A stretch of 64,000 bases of DNA from Chloroflexota bacterium (GTDB taxonomy: Bacteria; Chloroflexota; Dehalococcoidia; E44-bin15). A program made the position numbers and the translations under genes. Below the pieces are notes generated by a model. That model had not been told where the DNA came from. It did not search any database and saw only the letters and a program-made list of their open reading frames with translations. Numbering within the stretch: the stretch's first letter is position 1; each line of letters starts with the position of its first letter. Shown here piece after piece: positions 19,852-30,014 of this stretch. Where the stretch lies: assembly GCA_030604825.1 (NCBI GenBank), contig JAUVVB010000002.1:27905-91904 (forward strand), in the 5' to 3' direction.

Positions 19852-20403
19852 CTACTCCGGCTGAGCATAGACCTGTATGTAAAAGGTCATTGACCAGATA
19901 AGGGTGTCGCTATCATAGGCGAGCTCCACCTCATCCATTTTGATGGTCTCATAAGGGGGGTTCTCCTCCACCCCGGCGAGGAAATCGAATATCTCATCCA
20001 GGGTGCCGCTGACGGTGGTCTCGTAGGAGAAAAGCCGATATTCGGTCTGGCTTCCGTTTACAGCCTCGTCGGTCACGTCCCCTTCGGTCCAGGAGTCGAT
20101 GTGCGCCCCGGCTTCCTCTGCCGCCGTCCTCACATGGTCATATATAACATTGTCCTCCACATCCATGGGGAAAGGCGCTTCCTCTAACTGCTGCAGCAGG
20201 TTGGTAAGATATGCTTGCAGCTCCTCGATGTCGTAGGTCTGCTCAAACGCGTCTATTTGCGCCTCCACCGCAGCCAGATCGGCGGACAGTGCACCCTTGC
20301 TGCTACCATCCCGGTAATACCCTATGCCGAAGTAGATGTTACCTGCCAACAGGGCGATCACGATCAGCAGGAAGAGGGCCTGAAACCCGGAGGGCCTCCT
20401 CAT
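19852..20403 (-). CDS. PilO-like protein
   Basis: N-terminal TM, coiled coil, VSGTLDEIFDFL; next to pilN and pilM. Confidence 0.65.
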   Translation of the reverse strand: MRRPSGFQALFLLIVIALLAGNIYFGIGYYRDGSSKGALSADLAAVEAQIDAFEQTYDIEELQAYLTNLLQQLEEAPFPMDVEDNVIYDHVRTAAEEAGAHIDSWTEGDVTDEAVNGSQTEYRLFSYETTVSGTLDEIFDFLAGVEENPPYETIKMDEVELAYDSDTLIWSMTFYIQVYAQPE

Positions 20404-22232
20404 TGGTCACCTCCAGGCAATGTCACGGTGATGGCAAAGGTATAGTCACCGGCGGCGGCCGCAATGGCAGCCCTGATGTCGTCCAGCCAGACGACGCAGG
20501 CACCTGGGTCACGGTTTGCATATAATGCCACCGACTGAACGCAGCCGAGATCCGAGGGATAGGTTGGGGATAGAATAACCTCCGTCCAGGTATCGGCGGT
20601 GAGTGCCGGAATACCCAGTGTTTCCACCGGGGTGGGTAATCCTACGGTCAGGTACACCGTCAGTTTCTGCGGAGAGTTGATGGCACCCGGGTCTGAGATA
20701 CCCCGGTCTGAGATGGTGATGGTGGCAGTGTAGCTGCCAGCGGTGAAAGCAGGAGGACCAATGATGTCTACCGCCACCGTGACACTGGTCTTATCCTCCT
20801 CCTCCTGCCCGTCGGAGTCGCCGCTGGTAGGGCTCAATTTAAGCCAGGCGGCGCTGCTGGTCGCGGTCCAGTACAGGGTTGCGCCACCCGAGTTCCATAT
20901 CTGCAGGGTCTGTTTCGCCGGGTTTGTTGCTTCCCTGGTACAGAAGATGAAGCTGAGCGGGCTAAGCCCTATTTCGGGCGGTGCGACTGGTGTGGGGGTA
21001 GGGACCGGCGTCGGGGTTGGGTATGGAGTGATGTTCAGGGACACCGGCACCGTCTGCGGGGTGTTGGTGGCGCCCGGGTCCGAGATGGTGATGGTGGCTG
21101 TGTAAGTGCCAGCAGCCAGCCCGGTGATGTCCACCGAGACGGTGACATCGTCCATCTCCCCGGTGGAGTCGCCGATGCCGGGAGCAAGGCTGAGCCAGGC
21201 GCCATCATCGCTCACCGTCCAGTTTAGGGTTCCGGTACCCGAGTTCCATATACGCAAGATCTGGTCTTTAGGGTTAGTTCCCCCTACGGTTGCACTGAAG
21301 CTAAAGCTTGAAGGGCTGTACGCAATCGTGGGAGCGGCAGGCGCGGGGAGGGCGGGGGAATACAATACGAGCTGGAAGACCCCCGCCGGCTGGTCTGTGC
21401 TGCTCTTAATCCAAAATGTGATGTGCTTGGCGTCGCGCAGGTCTGTTGAAATGTTCTGCACATCCTCGTGGGCAACTAAACCGGAGCTGAAGGGGGCGGA
21501 GATGCTCTGCTTGGCGCTGGCAAACCGCGCCTTATAATCCAGGTAATCTGTGAAAGAAAATACGCTGCTTGCTGGGTTCCACTCATCCTCACAATCCTCG
21601 ATAACGATGTCGGACAAGCCGTTGGTGGTGACGCGTTCCGTTTCTGTGATGTCGACTGAGGTGAATAGCCCGGTATCTTCCAGGGCTGCGGCATATTGGC
21701 TGATCAACTCAGTGGTGGCAGCGGTGCCCTCAATGGTCAAAGAGCCCTGGGTGATGGCGGTGATGGTAACCCCGACGGGGGCGGCATCCTCGATCGCCTC
21801 CAGCACCTCAGACCAGGTAAACGTGGTCTGGGAAAGGGCGGTGTGGTCCTGCCCCATAGCGCCGAGCAAGCCCTCAAGCTCATCGATGCGCTCGTTCAAA
21901 TCGCCGGCCTCGCCAGCTAGGCTTAGCAGGAAATCGCGGTAGTCCTCTCTGTCGGCCAGGGTATCCTGTAAGCTATCGATATCTGCGTCTTGCTCATGCC
22001 AAAGCCCGTAGAGATTCGGTATATCATAATCCTCAGCGAGCTTGTCGAAGGGGGAGAAAGGGAAGAAGGGGAATATCAGATAGCCTGTGACCAGGGCCAG
22101 GATTACCAGCATAACGCTGAATAGCGATATAGGCGCTGGCGCTCGCGCCACCGCAACCCGGCGCAGGTTCAGCTTTATTAAGCTTGGCCGGCGATGGTGA
22201 GTATGCTCAGGTTCGCGTGGCGCTGCCATCAT
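20400..22232 (-). CDS. PilN domain protein with inserted CBM-like and two BACON-like domains
   Basis: WSEVLEAI..P.GV.IT..LTIEGTA (PilN); two IWNSGxxTLxW...WLxL repeats; PT linker. Confidence 0.8.
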   Translation of the reverse strand: MMAAPREPEHTHHRRPSLIKLNLRRVAVARAPAPISLFSVMLVILALVTGYLIFPFFPFSPFDKLAEDYDIPNLYGLWHEQDADIDSLQDTLADREDYRDFLLSLAGEAGDLNERIDELEGLLGAMGQDHTALSQTTFTWSEVLEAIEDAAPVGVTITAITQGSLTIEGTAATTELISQYAAALEDTGLFTSVDITETERVTTNGLSDIVIEDCEDEWNPASSVFSFTDYLDYKARFASAKQSISAPFSSGLVAHEDVQNISTDLRDAKHITFWIKSSTDQPAGVFQLVLYSPALPAPAAPTIAYSPSSFSFSATVGGTNPKDQILRIWNSGTGTLNWTVSDDGAWLSLAPGIGDSTGEMDDVTVSVDITGLAAGTYTATITISDPGATNTPQTVPVSLNITPYPTPTPVPTPTPVAPPEIGLSPLSFIFCTREATNPAKQTLQIWNSGGATLYWTATSSAAWLKLSPTSGDSDGQEEEDKTSVTVAVDIIGPPAFTAGSYTATITISDRGISDPGAINSPQKLTVYLTVGLPTPVETLGIPALTADTWTEVILSPTYPSDLGCVQSVALYANRDPGACVVWLDDIRAAIAAAAGDYTFAITVTLPGGDQ

Positions 22233-22362
22233 CCTTTTCCGGGTAAAGGTTAAACTTCAAGGAAATTTAGCACAATAGTAGCAAAAAGTCAAGCAAATTG
22301 CTCAAAAGGGGATTAATCCAGCCCTTGGCAAGGCGGCTGCGGGTGTGCCATTATGTCAACCG

Positions 22363-23406
22363 TTATTGGCTCTCATAGGTGTAGGTGACAATGTCCAACG
22401 GGTCCGGTCCCATTATATAGCTTATGACCGTAGTCCCTCCTGCTGTGGCGGTGACCCCATAAATTGCAACGTCTAAATCCCAGGTTAAATAGATGTCATG
22501 CCGGTTCGTCCTCGCCCAGGAAAAAGCCCCCTCAGGATCCTCATCTGCCGGGGTAAATTGAAAGGACAGGCCGTGCACATACGGGGGCCCGGCGCCTGAA
22601 TTGAAATTGACGGCGGGATCAAAATCCCACACATAGGCTTTACCATCGCGGAAGGGGCTTTCCGTGGGCGCGGCAGTGACCAGCGTGCCACTGACGGTTG
22701 CACCGCTGGAGTGGGGAGCAGCGATAGTATTGTCAGCTCCTCTGGTGCAGCCGGTGAATGCCGCGTTGTCCGTATCCGAGTACTCGATCAGCTCGTCCTC
22801 GATGTGTAACACACCCGTTGGGGGGAAGAGGGCAGTGCTAGCCACGGGGATGATGGTAACGGTCTCATCAATGTCCTGGGTTAGCGTGGTTACGGCGGCA
22901 CTCGTCCCAGCGACGTAGCTAAAGCCAGAGGGCAGCCAGATACCTATTCTATTTATCCACAAATTTCCTTTTGCTCCATCATAGGCGATATCGATTTGGT
23001 AAGTGCCAGCCTCGGTAGTATGCCCCGTTGTCACCAATGCGCTATGGGGCTCTGTCCCTTGATGTTCGTCCTCTACCTCAAAGCCCTCGAGAATCCAGAT
23101 GTGTTCTATGGTAACGGCTACTTCGTTGCCATTTATATCTGCTATCGTGTACTGGTAGGGCGGATCATCCGCGCTTGGGGGTAGATTGGCATCGACGTTC
23201 TGTATTTTGTATACCGCATCCTCTATGCCGGCATCAGCGGCATAAAACCTCTGCATGATGTCCTCTTGAAGCTGGGCGGACTTGATGCTGGTGGTCATGA
23301 GCAGCAGCAGGGGTACCAGGATGAGGCCAGCCACGATTAGCAGGATTAACACCGTAACCAGGGCGTAGCCTGCCTCATTTTTTCTGGGCTTGATCCTTTT
23401 CCCCAT
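22363..23406 (-). CDS. PilX-like minor pilin
   Basis: NEAG/YALVTVLIL, FYAADAGIE. Confidence 0.8.
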   Translation of the reverse strand: MGKRIKPRKNEAGYALVTVLILLIVAGLILVPLLLLMTTSIKSAQLQEDIMQRFYAADAGIEDAVYKIQNVDANLPPSADDPPYQYTIADINGNEVAVTIEHIWILEGFEVEDEHQGTEPHSALVTTGHTTEAGTYQIDIAYDGAKGNLWINRIGIWLPSGFSYVAGTSAAVTTLTQDIDETVTIIPVASTALFPPTGVLHIEDELIEYSDTDNAAFTGCTRGADNTIAAPHSSGATVSGTLVTAAPTESPFRDGKAYVWDFDPAVNFNSGAGPPYVHGLSFQFTPADEDPEGAFSWARTNRHDIYLTWDLDVAIYGVTATAGGTTVISYIMGPDPLDIVTYTYESQ

Positions 23407-23431
23407 CACGCTTCCTCCCACTACGCCACCG

Positions 23432-23944
23432 CTAGGATAGAGGCCTGGCCTTAACATTGTACGTTCTAGTGGCGGTCTCTTCCCCAACCTGAGCCGTTAT
23501 CACCAGGGTGAGCATTCCTCCATCCCAGCTACAGCTGGTGTTTGCCGAATCGATATATCCGGCGACAAAAACGGTCTCTGCGGAGCCACCGTTAACTGAA
23601 TAAGCCCGCATCAGCTTCTTGAGACCATCGTCGGCGTCTGCCAGGGTGTAATCAACCTGATGTTCATCGCCTTCCCAGTCAAGCCATACCAGGGTGATGA
23701 ACTCCGGGGTTGCCGGGTCACTGTCAACCGTAACCTGTTGAGCCATCACCGCATCGTGGCTGACCCAGGAACCGGCGTTCTGCACCTGACCAAAAGCAGC
23801 CATATAATTGCTATCACGATCGCTGGAGGTAAAGAGCTGATGAATCCCGCTCGCCACAGCAGCCACTATCAGAGCGGAGATAGCCATAACTGCCAATAGC
23901 TCCAGCAGCGTCAACCCCTTTTGGTTCAAAGGCTTCGCACTCAT
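23432..23944 (-). CDS. minor pilin (PilW/GspJ-like)
   Basis: QKG/LTLLELL. Confidence 0.85.
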   Translation of the reverse strand: MSAKPLNQKGLTLLELLAVMAISALIVAAVASGIHQLFTSSDRDSNYMAAFGQVQNAGSWVSHDAVMAQQVTVDSDPATPEFITLVWLDWEGDEHQVDYTLADADDGLKKLMRAYSVNGGSAETVFVAGYIDSANTSCSWDGGMLTLVITAQVGEETATRTYNVKARPLS

Positions 23945-24342
23945 CGGTTCACCTTATAGCTTTCGGTGGTGAGCAACAGCTCACCTTCAAAGTAGACCTC
24001 GACCGTTACCTGCTGAATGCCGTCGTCATTATCAATGCCGTCGCCCTTGGGGTCCAGGCGCTCGGCAGCGACCTCAATGGAGTAGCCAGCAGGGATGTTT
24101 ATATTCGGGTCTACATCGTATTGAGGATGACCGGGGTCGAGGCTGTCGTCGTAAGCAATGTACTTGATATATTCCAGCTCGGTTCGGGTCAGGCTCTCGG
24201 CAGTAGTTCGCTGATTGACGCCAAATGTGGTTTTGTGACTCACGGTCAAAGCGGTAGCCAGCCCACTCGCTATCACCCCCAGAATAACCAGGGCTATCAA
24301 TACCTCGACCAGGGTCATTCCCTTTTGGTTGCCCAATCTCAT
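23941..24342 (-). CDS. minor pilin (PilV-like)
   Basis: QKG/MTLVEVLIAL. Confidence 0.85.
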   Translation of the reverse strand: MRLGNQKGMTLVEVLIALVILGVIASGLATALTVSHKTTFGVNQRTTAESLTRTELEYIKYIAYDDSLDPGHPQYDVDPNINIPAGYSIEVAAERLDPKGDGIDNDDGIQQVTVEVYFEGELLLTTESYKVNR

Positions 24343-25550
24343 CCCCCCATTTGCCCCATCATGGAGTATATTGGGGTGATAATGGAGAGGGCGAGGAGGG
24401 CCACGAAGAGGCCCACCACCAGAACCAAGGCTGGCCCCAGCATCCCGGTGGCCCGGGCAATGGCCTTGTCTGACTCACCGTCATAGAAATCCGCCATCAC
24501 CTCCAGATTTGCCTCAAGCCTACCGCTCTGCTCACCAACCCCCACCACCTGGGAGAGGAGGGGTGGGAAGACAGGCTGTTCCATCAGTGCCCGAGACAGG
24601 GTCTCCCCGGAATGGATATCGGAACGCACCTTTACCAGCGCCTGTTTAAGCGGCAAGCTTCCCGTTGTCTCTATCACCAGGTCGAGGGCCTCGGTGATGG
24701 GAATGCCGCCCCGAATCAGGGTGGCGATGTTTCTCGCCAGCCGGGACATGCTCCCCTTGATGGAGATGTCGCCAAATAGGGGCATGCGCCATAGGAGGAA
24801 ATCCTTGTTCTTGCTTCCCTGGGGGGTTTTGACATACCACCATCCGATACCAACAACGAGCGACAGGCCAATGATTATATACAGGATGTTACCTCTGACG
24901 AAATTGGCGAGGGCCAGCATTATCCTGGTGAAGATGGGCAACTCCCCGCCAAAGGCGGTGAAAAGGCCGCTCAATGCCGGTATGACGAAGCCGAACATTA
25001 CTCCCCCAGCGACAATGCCCAGGACGAGCACCATGACGGGGTAGATCATGGCATTCCTGATCTTGCTGACGACGGCAGCCTCCTTCTCCATATGTATCAC
25101 TATTTCCCTCAGCATTAGCTCCAGGTTTCCTATCTCCTCCCCTACCCTTACCAGGCGCAGATAGAAGGGGGAAAATACCTTGGGGTGTTTGGCGCACGCG
25201 TCGGAGAAGGGGCTGCCCGTCTCCACACCCCCGATGAGCTGCTGAATCACCTTCTTCATGCCCGCCTTATTGGTTCGCCCATGGAGCATATGTAGCGCGG
25301 GGAGGATGGCAATACCCGAGGTGAGCAAGGTGGCCAGGTCGCGGCTAAAATAGACCACGTCATTGCGGCTGATCCTGGAGAGGAAAGGCAGTGCCTCATC
25401 CAGGGAGGGGGGTGTGACCTTCTTCTCCAGGCTGATGATGGTGAGCTGGGATCGCCACAGCGCCGCCTCAGCGGCGTGCTCCGAATCAGCCTCAAGCGTG
25501 CCCTTGGTCATACTGCCGTCAGAAGTGCTGGCCATGTATTTGAACCACAT
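24339..25550 (-). CDS. pilC: pilus platform protein (T2SSF family)
   Basis: FSRDLATLLTSG, VGEEIGNL, AMIYP, VGEQSGRL. Confidence 0.95.
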   Translation of the reverse strand: MWFKYMASTSDGSMTKGTLEADSEHAAEAALWRSQLTIISLEKKVTPPSLDEALPFLSRISRNDVVYFSRDLATLLTSGIAILPALHMLHGRTNKAGMKKVIQQLIGGVETGSPFSDACAKHPKVFSPFYLRLVRVGEEIGNLELMLREIVIHMEKEAAVVSKIRNAMIYPVMVLVLGIVAGGVMFGFVIPALSGLFTAFGGELPIFTRIMLALANFVRGNILYIIIGLSLVVGIGWWYVKTPQGSKNKDFLLWRMPLFGDISIKGSMSRLARNIATLIRGGIPITEALDLVIETTGSLPLKQALVKVRSDIHSGETLSRALMEQPVFPPLLSQVVGVGEQSGRLEANLEVMADFYDGESDKAIARATGMLGPALVLVVGLFVALLALSIITPIYSMMGQMGG

Positions 25551-25641
25551 GTCTCGAGCTCCTTAACTAATTTTGTCTTATTTTATATCATGCTAGCATA
25601 AAGTAGATTATCTTGTCAAGCCGCTGCCAAAAACCCAGCGC

Positions 25642-25685
25642 AAAAAAGGTTGGGCAGGCATTGGCGCCGCCCAAACCAGTTATCT
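25642..25685 (-). terminator. intrinsic terminator after pilB
   Basis: GC-rich hairpin followed by T6 on the minus strand. Confidence 0.7.
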
Positions 25686-25699
25686 CAAATTCTTATCCG

Positions 25700-27409
25700 T
25701 TAGCCAATGGTGAAGACGTTACGGATCACCTCCCCAGGGGTAGTTATCCCTTCCTTGACCTTGAGCATGCCATCGCGGCGCATACTGGTCATTCCCTCTC
25801 TCAGGGCCTGTTGCTTAATCTCCGCAGCTCCTGCCTCCCGGTTCACCAGCTGCCTTATTTCGTCGCTCATGGTGAGCAGTTCGAAAACCCCGATTCTGCC
25901 CAGAAAGCCGGTATGGGAGCAGAAGCTGCAGCCGGTGCCATAGGCAAATTCGGTTTTCTCCTCCCCCATCTCATGCTGGTAAGCCATTGCCTCGACGAGG
26001 GGGGCTTCTCTCATCTGCCTGCAGTAGGGGCAGACCTTCCTCACCAGGCGCTGCGACATAGCTCCGATAACTGCCGAGGTAACCAGGAAGTGCTCCACCC
26101 CGAAATCGAGGAGGCGAACGATAGCACCGGCGCCATCGTTGGCGTGGATCGATGTCAGCACCAGGTGACCGGTGAGGGCAGCCGTTATCGCCGTATTTGC
26201 CGTCTCTGCATCGCGGATCTCGCCGACGAGGATTACATCGGGGTCGAGGCGCATGATGGCCCTCAGCCCACTGGCAAAGGTTATGTCCGCAGCGCGATTA
26301 ACCTGCATCTGCTGGATCCCCTGGAACTGGTATTCAACGGGGTCCTCGATGGTCATGATATTGAGCTCTTGGCAATTTAGCTTGCTCACCGAGGCGTAAA
26401 GGGTGGTGGTCTTGCCCGAGCCGGTAGGACCGCTGATCAGGGTCATGCCAAAGGGGGAGTGAAGCGCCTTCTGGTAGGTCTCCAGGATACTGGGGGGCAT
26501 CCCCAATGCGGAGAGCTCTATTATGGACATGGATTTATCCAGTACCCTGAGCACCGCCATCTCCCCATGATTGGTGCCCACGGTGGCAACGCGGAAATCC
26601 ACATCTTTGCCGGCGATGGTGGCGCTGAACTGGCCATCCTGGGCGCGGCGGCGTTCGGCGATGTTCATGTTGGACATCACCTTGATCCTGGTGAGCAGCG
26701 CTGAGTGGACTTCCTGGGGCAGGCTAACGGCGTTGTGGAGCACGCCATCAACCCGGTAGCGAACCTGAACCTCTTCCTCCTGAGGCACGATATGAATATC
26801 CGATGCCCTGTCCTTCACCCCCTGGGTAAGCAGCATCTCCACCGCTCGCACTATGGGGGCATGGCTGATCGCTTCCAGAGTGAGGGTTGGCTCCGCTACC
26901 CCCCTTCCTCGGGCGGTGGTCAACAGCTGTCTGATTTCCTTCTCTATCTGGGTGGTCAGCTTGTATTGGGTATCGACGGCCTCGCGGATGCCACCACTAA
27001 GGGGGATGATCGGCTTTATCCGCTTCTTGGTGAGCACGGCAAGGGTATCGATGAGTTGTAGATTATCGGGATCCTCCATGGCCACGGTCAGGGTATCGCC
27101 ATCCACCGATAGGGGCAGAATGTTGTGTTCCCGGGCCACCTCTTCAGGGATCAATGCCAGAGCGGAGGCCTGAACCTGCACCTGCTTCAGATCCACTGCG
27201 GGAACATTTAGCTGGAAGCTGAGAACGGTGGCAAGGGTCTCATGGCTGACGAGGCGTTGCTCGATCAGGATATCCTTCAGATCCTTATTGGAATGTTGGG
27301 CAGCCTGTCTGGCAGCTTCGAGCTGTTCCTTGGTGATGAATGCCCCTTCCACTAGGAGCTCGTCTATCTGCTTCCGGTTTCGCAGTCCCCTTGACTCTGC
27401 CTCGGCCAT
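25700..27409 (-). CDS. pilB: GspE/PilB assembly ATPase
   Basis: ASDIHI, RYRVDG, GPTGSGKTTTLY, EDPVEY, VGEIRD, tetracysteine motif. Confidence 0.96.
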   Translation of the reverse strand: MAEAESRGLRNRKQIDELLVEGAFITKEQLEAARQAAQHSNKDLKDILIEQRLVSHETLATVLSFQLNVPAVDLKQVQVQASALALIPEEVAREHNILPLSVDGDTLTVAMEDPDNLQLIDTLAVLTKKRIKPIIPLSGGIREAVDTQYKLTTQIEKEIRQLLTTARGRGVAEPTLTLEAISHAPIVRAVEMLLTQGVKDRASDIHIVPQEEEVQVRYRVDGVLHNAVSLPQEVHSALLTRIKVMSNMNIAERRRAQDGQFSATIAGKDVDFRVATVGTNHGEMAVLRVLDKSMSIIELSALGMPPSILETYQKALHSPFGMTLISGPTGSGKTTTLYASVSKLNCQELNIMTIEDPVEYQFQGIQQMQVNRAADITFASGLRAIMRLDPDVILVGEIRDAETANTAITAALTGHLVLTSIHANDGAGAIVRLLDFGVEHFLVTSAVIGAMSQRLVRKVCPYCRQMREAPLVEAMAYQHEMGEEKTEFAYGTGCSFCSHTGFLGRIGVFELLTMSDEIRQLVNREAGAAEIKQQALREGMTSMRRDGMLKVKEGITTPGEVIRNVFTIG

Positions 27410-27480
27410 TCTGGCAACCCCCTCTCCTTGGGTGGACAACTAGATTGCCTAGCTTTAACCTCAAATACAGGGTGCAAAAT

Positions 27481-27584
27481 AAAAAAAGATTCGGATGACC
27501 TTTGGCGCCGCCCGAATCAATTATCTAGTTATCTAGAACCTTTACCTAATGCAGCATATTACCATACATGGGGAGAAATGTCAA
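27481..27584 (-). promoter_or_regulatory. pilB promoter with a terminator-like leader hairpin
   Basis: TTGACA-17-TAATAT (27584-27556), then hairpin plus T7 before the start. Confidence 0.6.
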
Positions 27585-27660
27585 CCTTTGGCAGCGGATG
27601 ATCATGGTGCCATCTTGATTTCAGGGGCATCGTATATTATGATGCAAAGAGGAGGTAAGC

Positions 27661-28158
27661 ATGAGCATAGATTTCCTTACTGCCCTTCGCCAGAATCATG
27701 CCCTGGAGCATGCCACCATTGCCATCTTGACCAGGAACGTGGGCTTTAACGTCAGGCTGGTAGGGCAGGCGACTACTACGGGCTTTTACATCTATGGTGA
27801 TGTTCCTACCGATGCCATCCAGGAAGCTGCTGGCGAAGGCTTGGCTCGATTGAAGCAGGGGGAGCGGGAGTTGGCGTTGTCACCCCTTTGCGGCACGAAT
27901 ATCTCGGTGGCGGGGGTAATGGCGGGGATAGCCTGCTTCCTCGCTTTGGGCGGTAAGAGTCGGGGGAGACGGCTTCCCCTTGCTATCTTGGCTGCAACCT
28001 GGGCTATGCTAGCCGCCCAGCCCGTGGGCAGGTTGGCACAGAAGCATTTGACCACCTCGTCAGAGCTATCCAATGTGAGCATCAAGCGAATTACCCGCCG
28101 TGGCACAGGCACTAAGATGCTCCACAAGGTGGAGACCATTCGGGAACCAGGGGGGTGA
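27661..28158 (+). CDS. conserved hypothetical protein (DUF6391-like)
   Basis: RQNHALEHAT and SPLCGTN motifs; strong RBS; family assigned from memory. Confidence 0.7.
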   Translation: MSIDFLTALRQNHALEHATIAILTRNVGFNVRLVGQATTTGFYIYGDVPTDAIQEAAGEGLARLKQGERELALSPLCGTNISVAGVMAGIACFLALGGKSRGRRLPLAILAATWAMLAAQPVGRLAQKHLTTSSELSNVSIKRITRRGTGTKMLHKVETIREPGG

Positions 28159-28168
28159 GGCGGACCGA

Positions 28169-28782
28169 TCAGCGAGGTGGGGCCTCTTTGGCGGCAGCCA
28201 CGGTCTCCACGAAGGCGTCTATCTGAGCCTTCAGTTGCGCCTCGGAATAGTCGCGGGTGTCGATGATGTCGCTCTCCAAGAACAGGATGGGTACCGTCAC
28301 CTGCTCCAGCAGCACGTTCTTATAGAAGATCTGCCCGATGGTGGTGGCACGGCAGGAACGGCTGCCGTGCATCACTATCCCGTCGATCTGGTACTCCCTG
28401 ACGAACTCCAGGATGCGCTGAATCTGGGGATGGCCACATTCCTGGCGTGCCTTGTTGTGCATCTCCGTAGCCCGGTGATACCACCCATTGACCAGGAACT
28501 CTAGGGGGTCATCGATGGTCGCTTCGGGCTCGAAGGGCGTGCCGGGGTAGTAAGCTGTCTCCATGACGAACACCGCCCCCAGATTCTCGAAGTAGCTGAG
28601 GAGGTCCATGTGATGCCAGGGGGGGAGCCCCCCACCCCAGAGGAGACGGTATTTCTCATCTGGGATCACCCCTATCTTATTCTCTACCCGGTGCTTTACC
28701 AGGAGCTAAAGCACCTGTAGAAGTCCGAAGCCTCCTTGCGGCTTGCCAGAAACAGGCCGGGCACGGTCTTGGCCTTCTCCAT
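28169..28782 (-). pseudogene. 2-hydroxyacyl-CoA dehydratase subunit, deleted and frameshifted
   Basis: C-terminal part intact (EKYRLLW, IDGIVMH..SCR, PILFLESD); ATG 28782 is out of frame; far shorter than the family norm. Confidence 0.75.
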
Positions 28783-28789
28783 GCTCCCC

Positions 28790-29989
28790 TCAGATTGCCT
28801 CCTGGTTCTTCAGTTCGGCGATGTCCTCCCAGGTGTATCCGCAGACTTCCATAAGCACCTCTTCGGTGTGTTGACCGAACTCGGGGGCGTAGGTTCTGAC
28901 CTTGCCCGGGGTCTTGCTGAGCTTGACCGGGATGCCTACCACCTTGATCGGGCCAGCCTGGGGGTGGTCTACCTCCACGATGTAGTCATTGGCCAGAACC
29001 TGTGGGTCGTTGGCCACCTCTGCGTAGGTGCTGACCGGCACCGCGATGATGCCATGCTCATCCAGCAGCTTCAGCCACTCGTCCCTGGTTTTGGTGATGA
29101 ATACCTCATCCAGAATGGCGATGAGCTCTGCGGGCCTTTCCGCTCGGGCAATGTGGGATTCGAACCTGGTGTCCTTCTCCAGCTCCTCGATGCCCAGCGC
29201 TTTGCACAGGTCGGGCCAGAACCTATCGGTCTGCAACATGGCGAGGCAAAGCCACTTATCGTCTTGGGTGCGGTAGACGTTCCACAGGGGGTTGGGCAGC
29301 AGGGTCCGGCCCACCCTCTCCGGGAGACGGTCTGAAGACAGATATTGTTGCAGGCTGAGCCTGCCCATCTCCACCATGCTACCCAGTAGCGATACATCCA
29401 CCTCCTGCCCGATCCCGGTTCGCTCTCGGGCGAAGAGGGCCAGCATGATGCCATAGGCCAGGAGGACTCCCCCCGCCTCGTCGGCCAGCCCCCCGCCTAT
29501 GGAATGGGGAACGCCGTCGCTGCCCACGGTGGTGCTCATTATGCCGCTCCTCGCCTGCCCGGCGAGGTCAAAGGCAGGCTTATCGCTGTCAGGGCCCTTA
29601 GGGCCCCATCCGGAGGAATAGGCATAGATGAGCTTGGGGTTGAACTTAACCAGGGTGTGGTAGTCCACCCCCAATTTCTGGCCAATGCTGGAGCGAAAGT
29701 TGGTGACAAAGACATCCGATTTCTCCGCCAGCTTGTAGAGGACCTGCCTGCCTGCTTCGGTCTTCAGGTTCAAAATGATGCCCCGCTTATTGCGGTTCTG
29801 ATTCCCAAAATAATAGTTGAGCACCACCGGGACCCCACCTATCTTGGATAGCCCTCGCCCGGGATCCCCCCGAGGTTCCTCGATCTTGATCACGTCGGCG
29901 CCCATATCTGCCAGCAACGCGGTAGCGGTTGGCCCTTGCTGCCACACCGTCCAGTCCAATATCCTGATACCATCCAGCGGCATAGCCAT
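28790..29989 (-). CDS. family III CoA transferase (CaiB/BaiF)
   Basis: PLDGIRILD, GADVIKIE, NRNKR, DVFVTNF, APEFGQHT. Confidence 0.95.
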   Translation of the reverse strand: MAMPLDGIRILDWTVWQQGPTATALLADMGADVIKIEEPRGDPGRGLSKIGGVPVVLNYYFGNQNRNKRGIILNLKTEAGRQVLYKLAEKSDVFVTNFRSSIGQKLGVDYHTLVKFNPKLIYAYSSGWGPKGPDSDKPAFDLAGQARSGIMSTTVGSDGVPHSIGGGLADEAGGVLLAYGIMLALFARERTGIGQEVDVSLLGSMVEMGRLSLQQYLSSDRLPERVGRTLLPNPLWNVYRTQDDKWLCLAMLQTDRFWPDLCKALGIEELEKDTRFESHIARAERPAELIAILDEVFITKTRDEWLKLLDEHGIIAVPVSTYAEVANDPQVLANDYIVEVDHPQAGPIKVVGIPVKLSKTPGKVRTYAPEFGQHTEEVLMEVCGYTWEDIAELKNQEAI

Positions 29990-30014
29990 TTTATAACTCC
30001 TTCCCCCAGATGGG

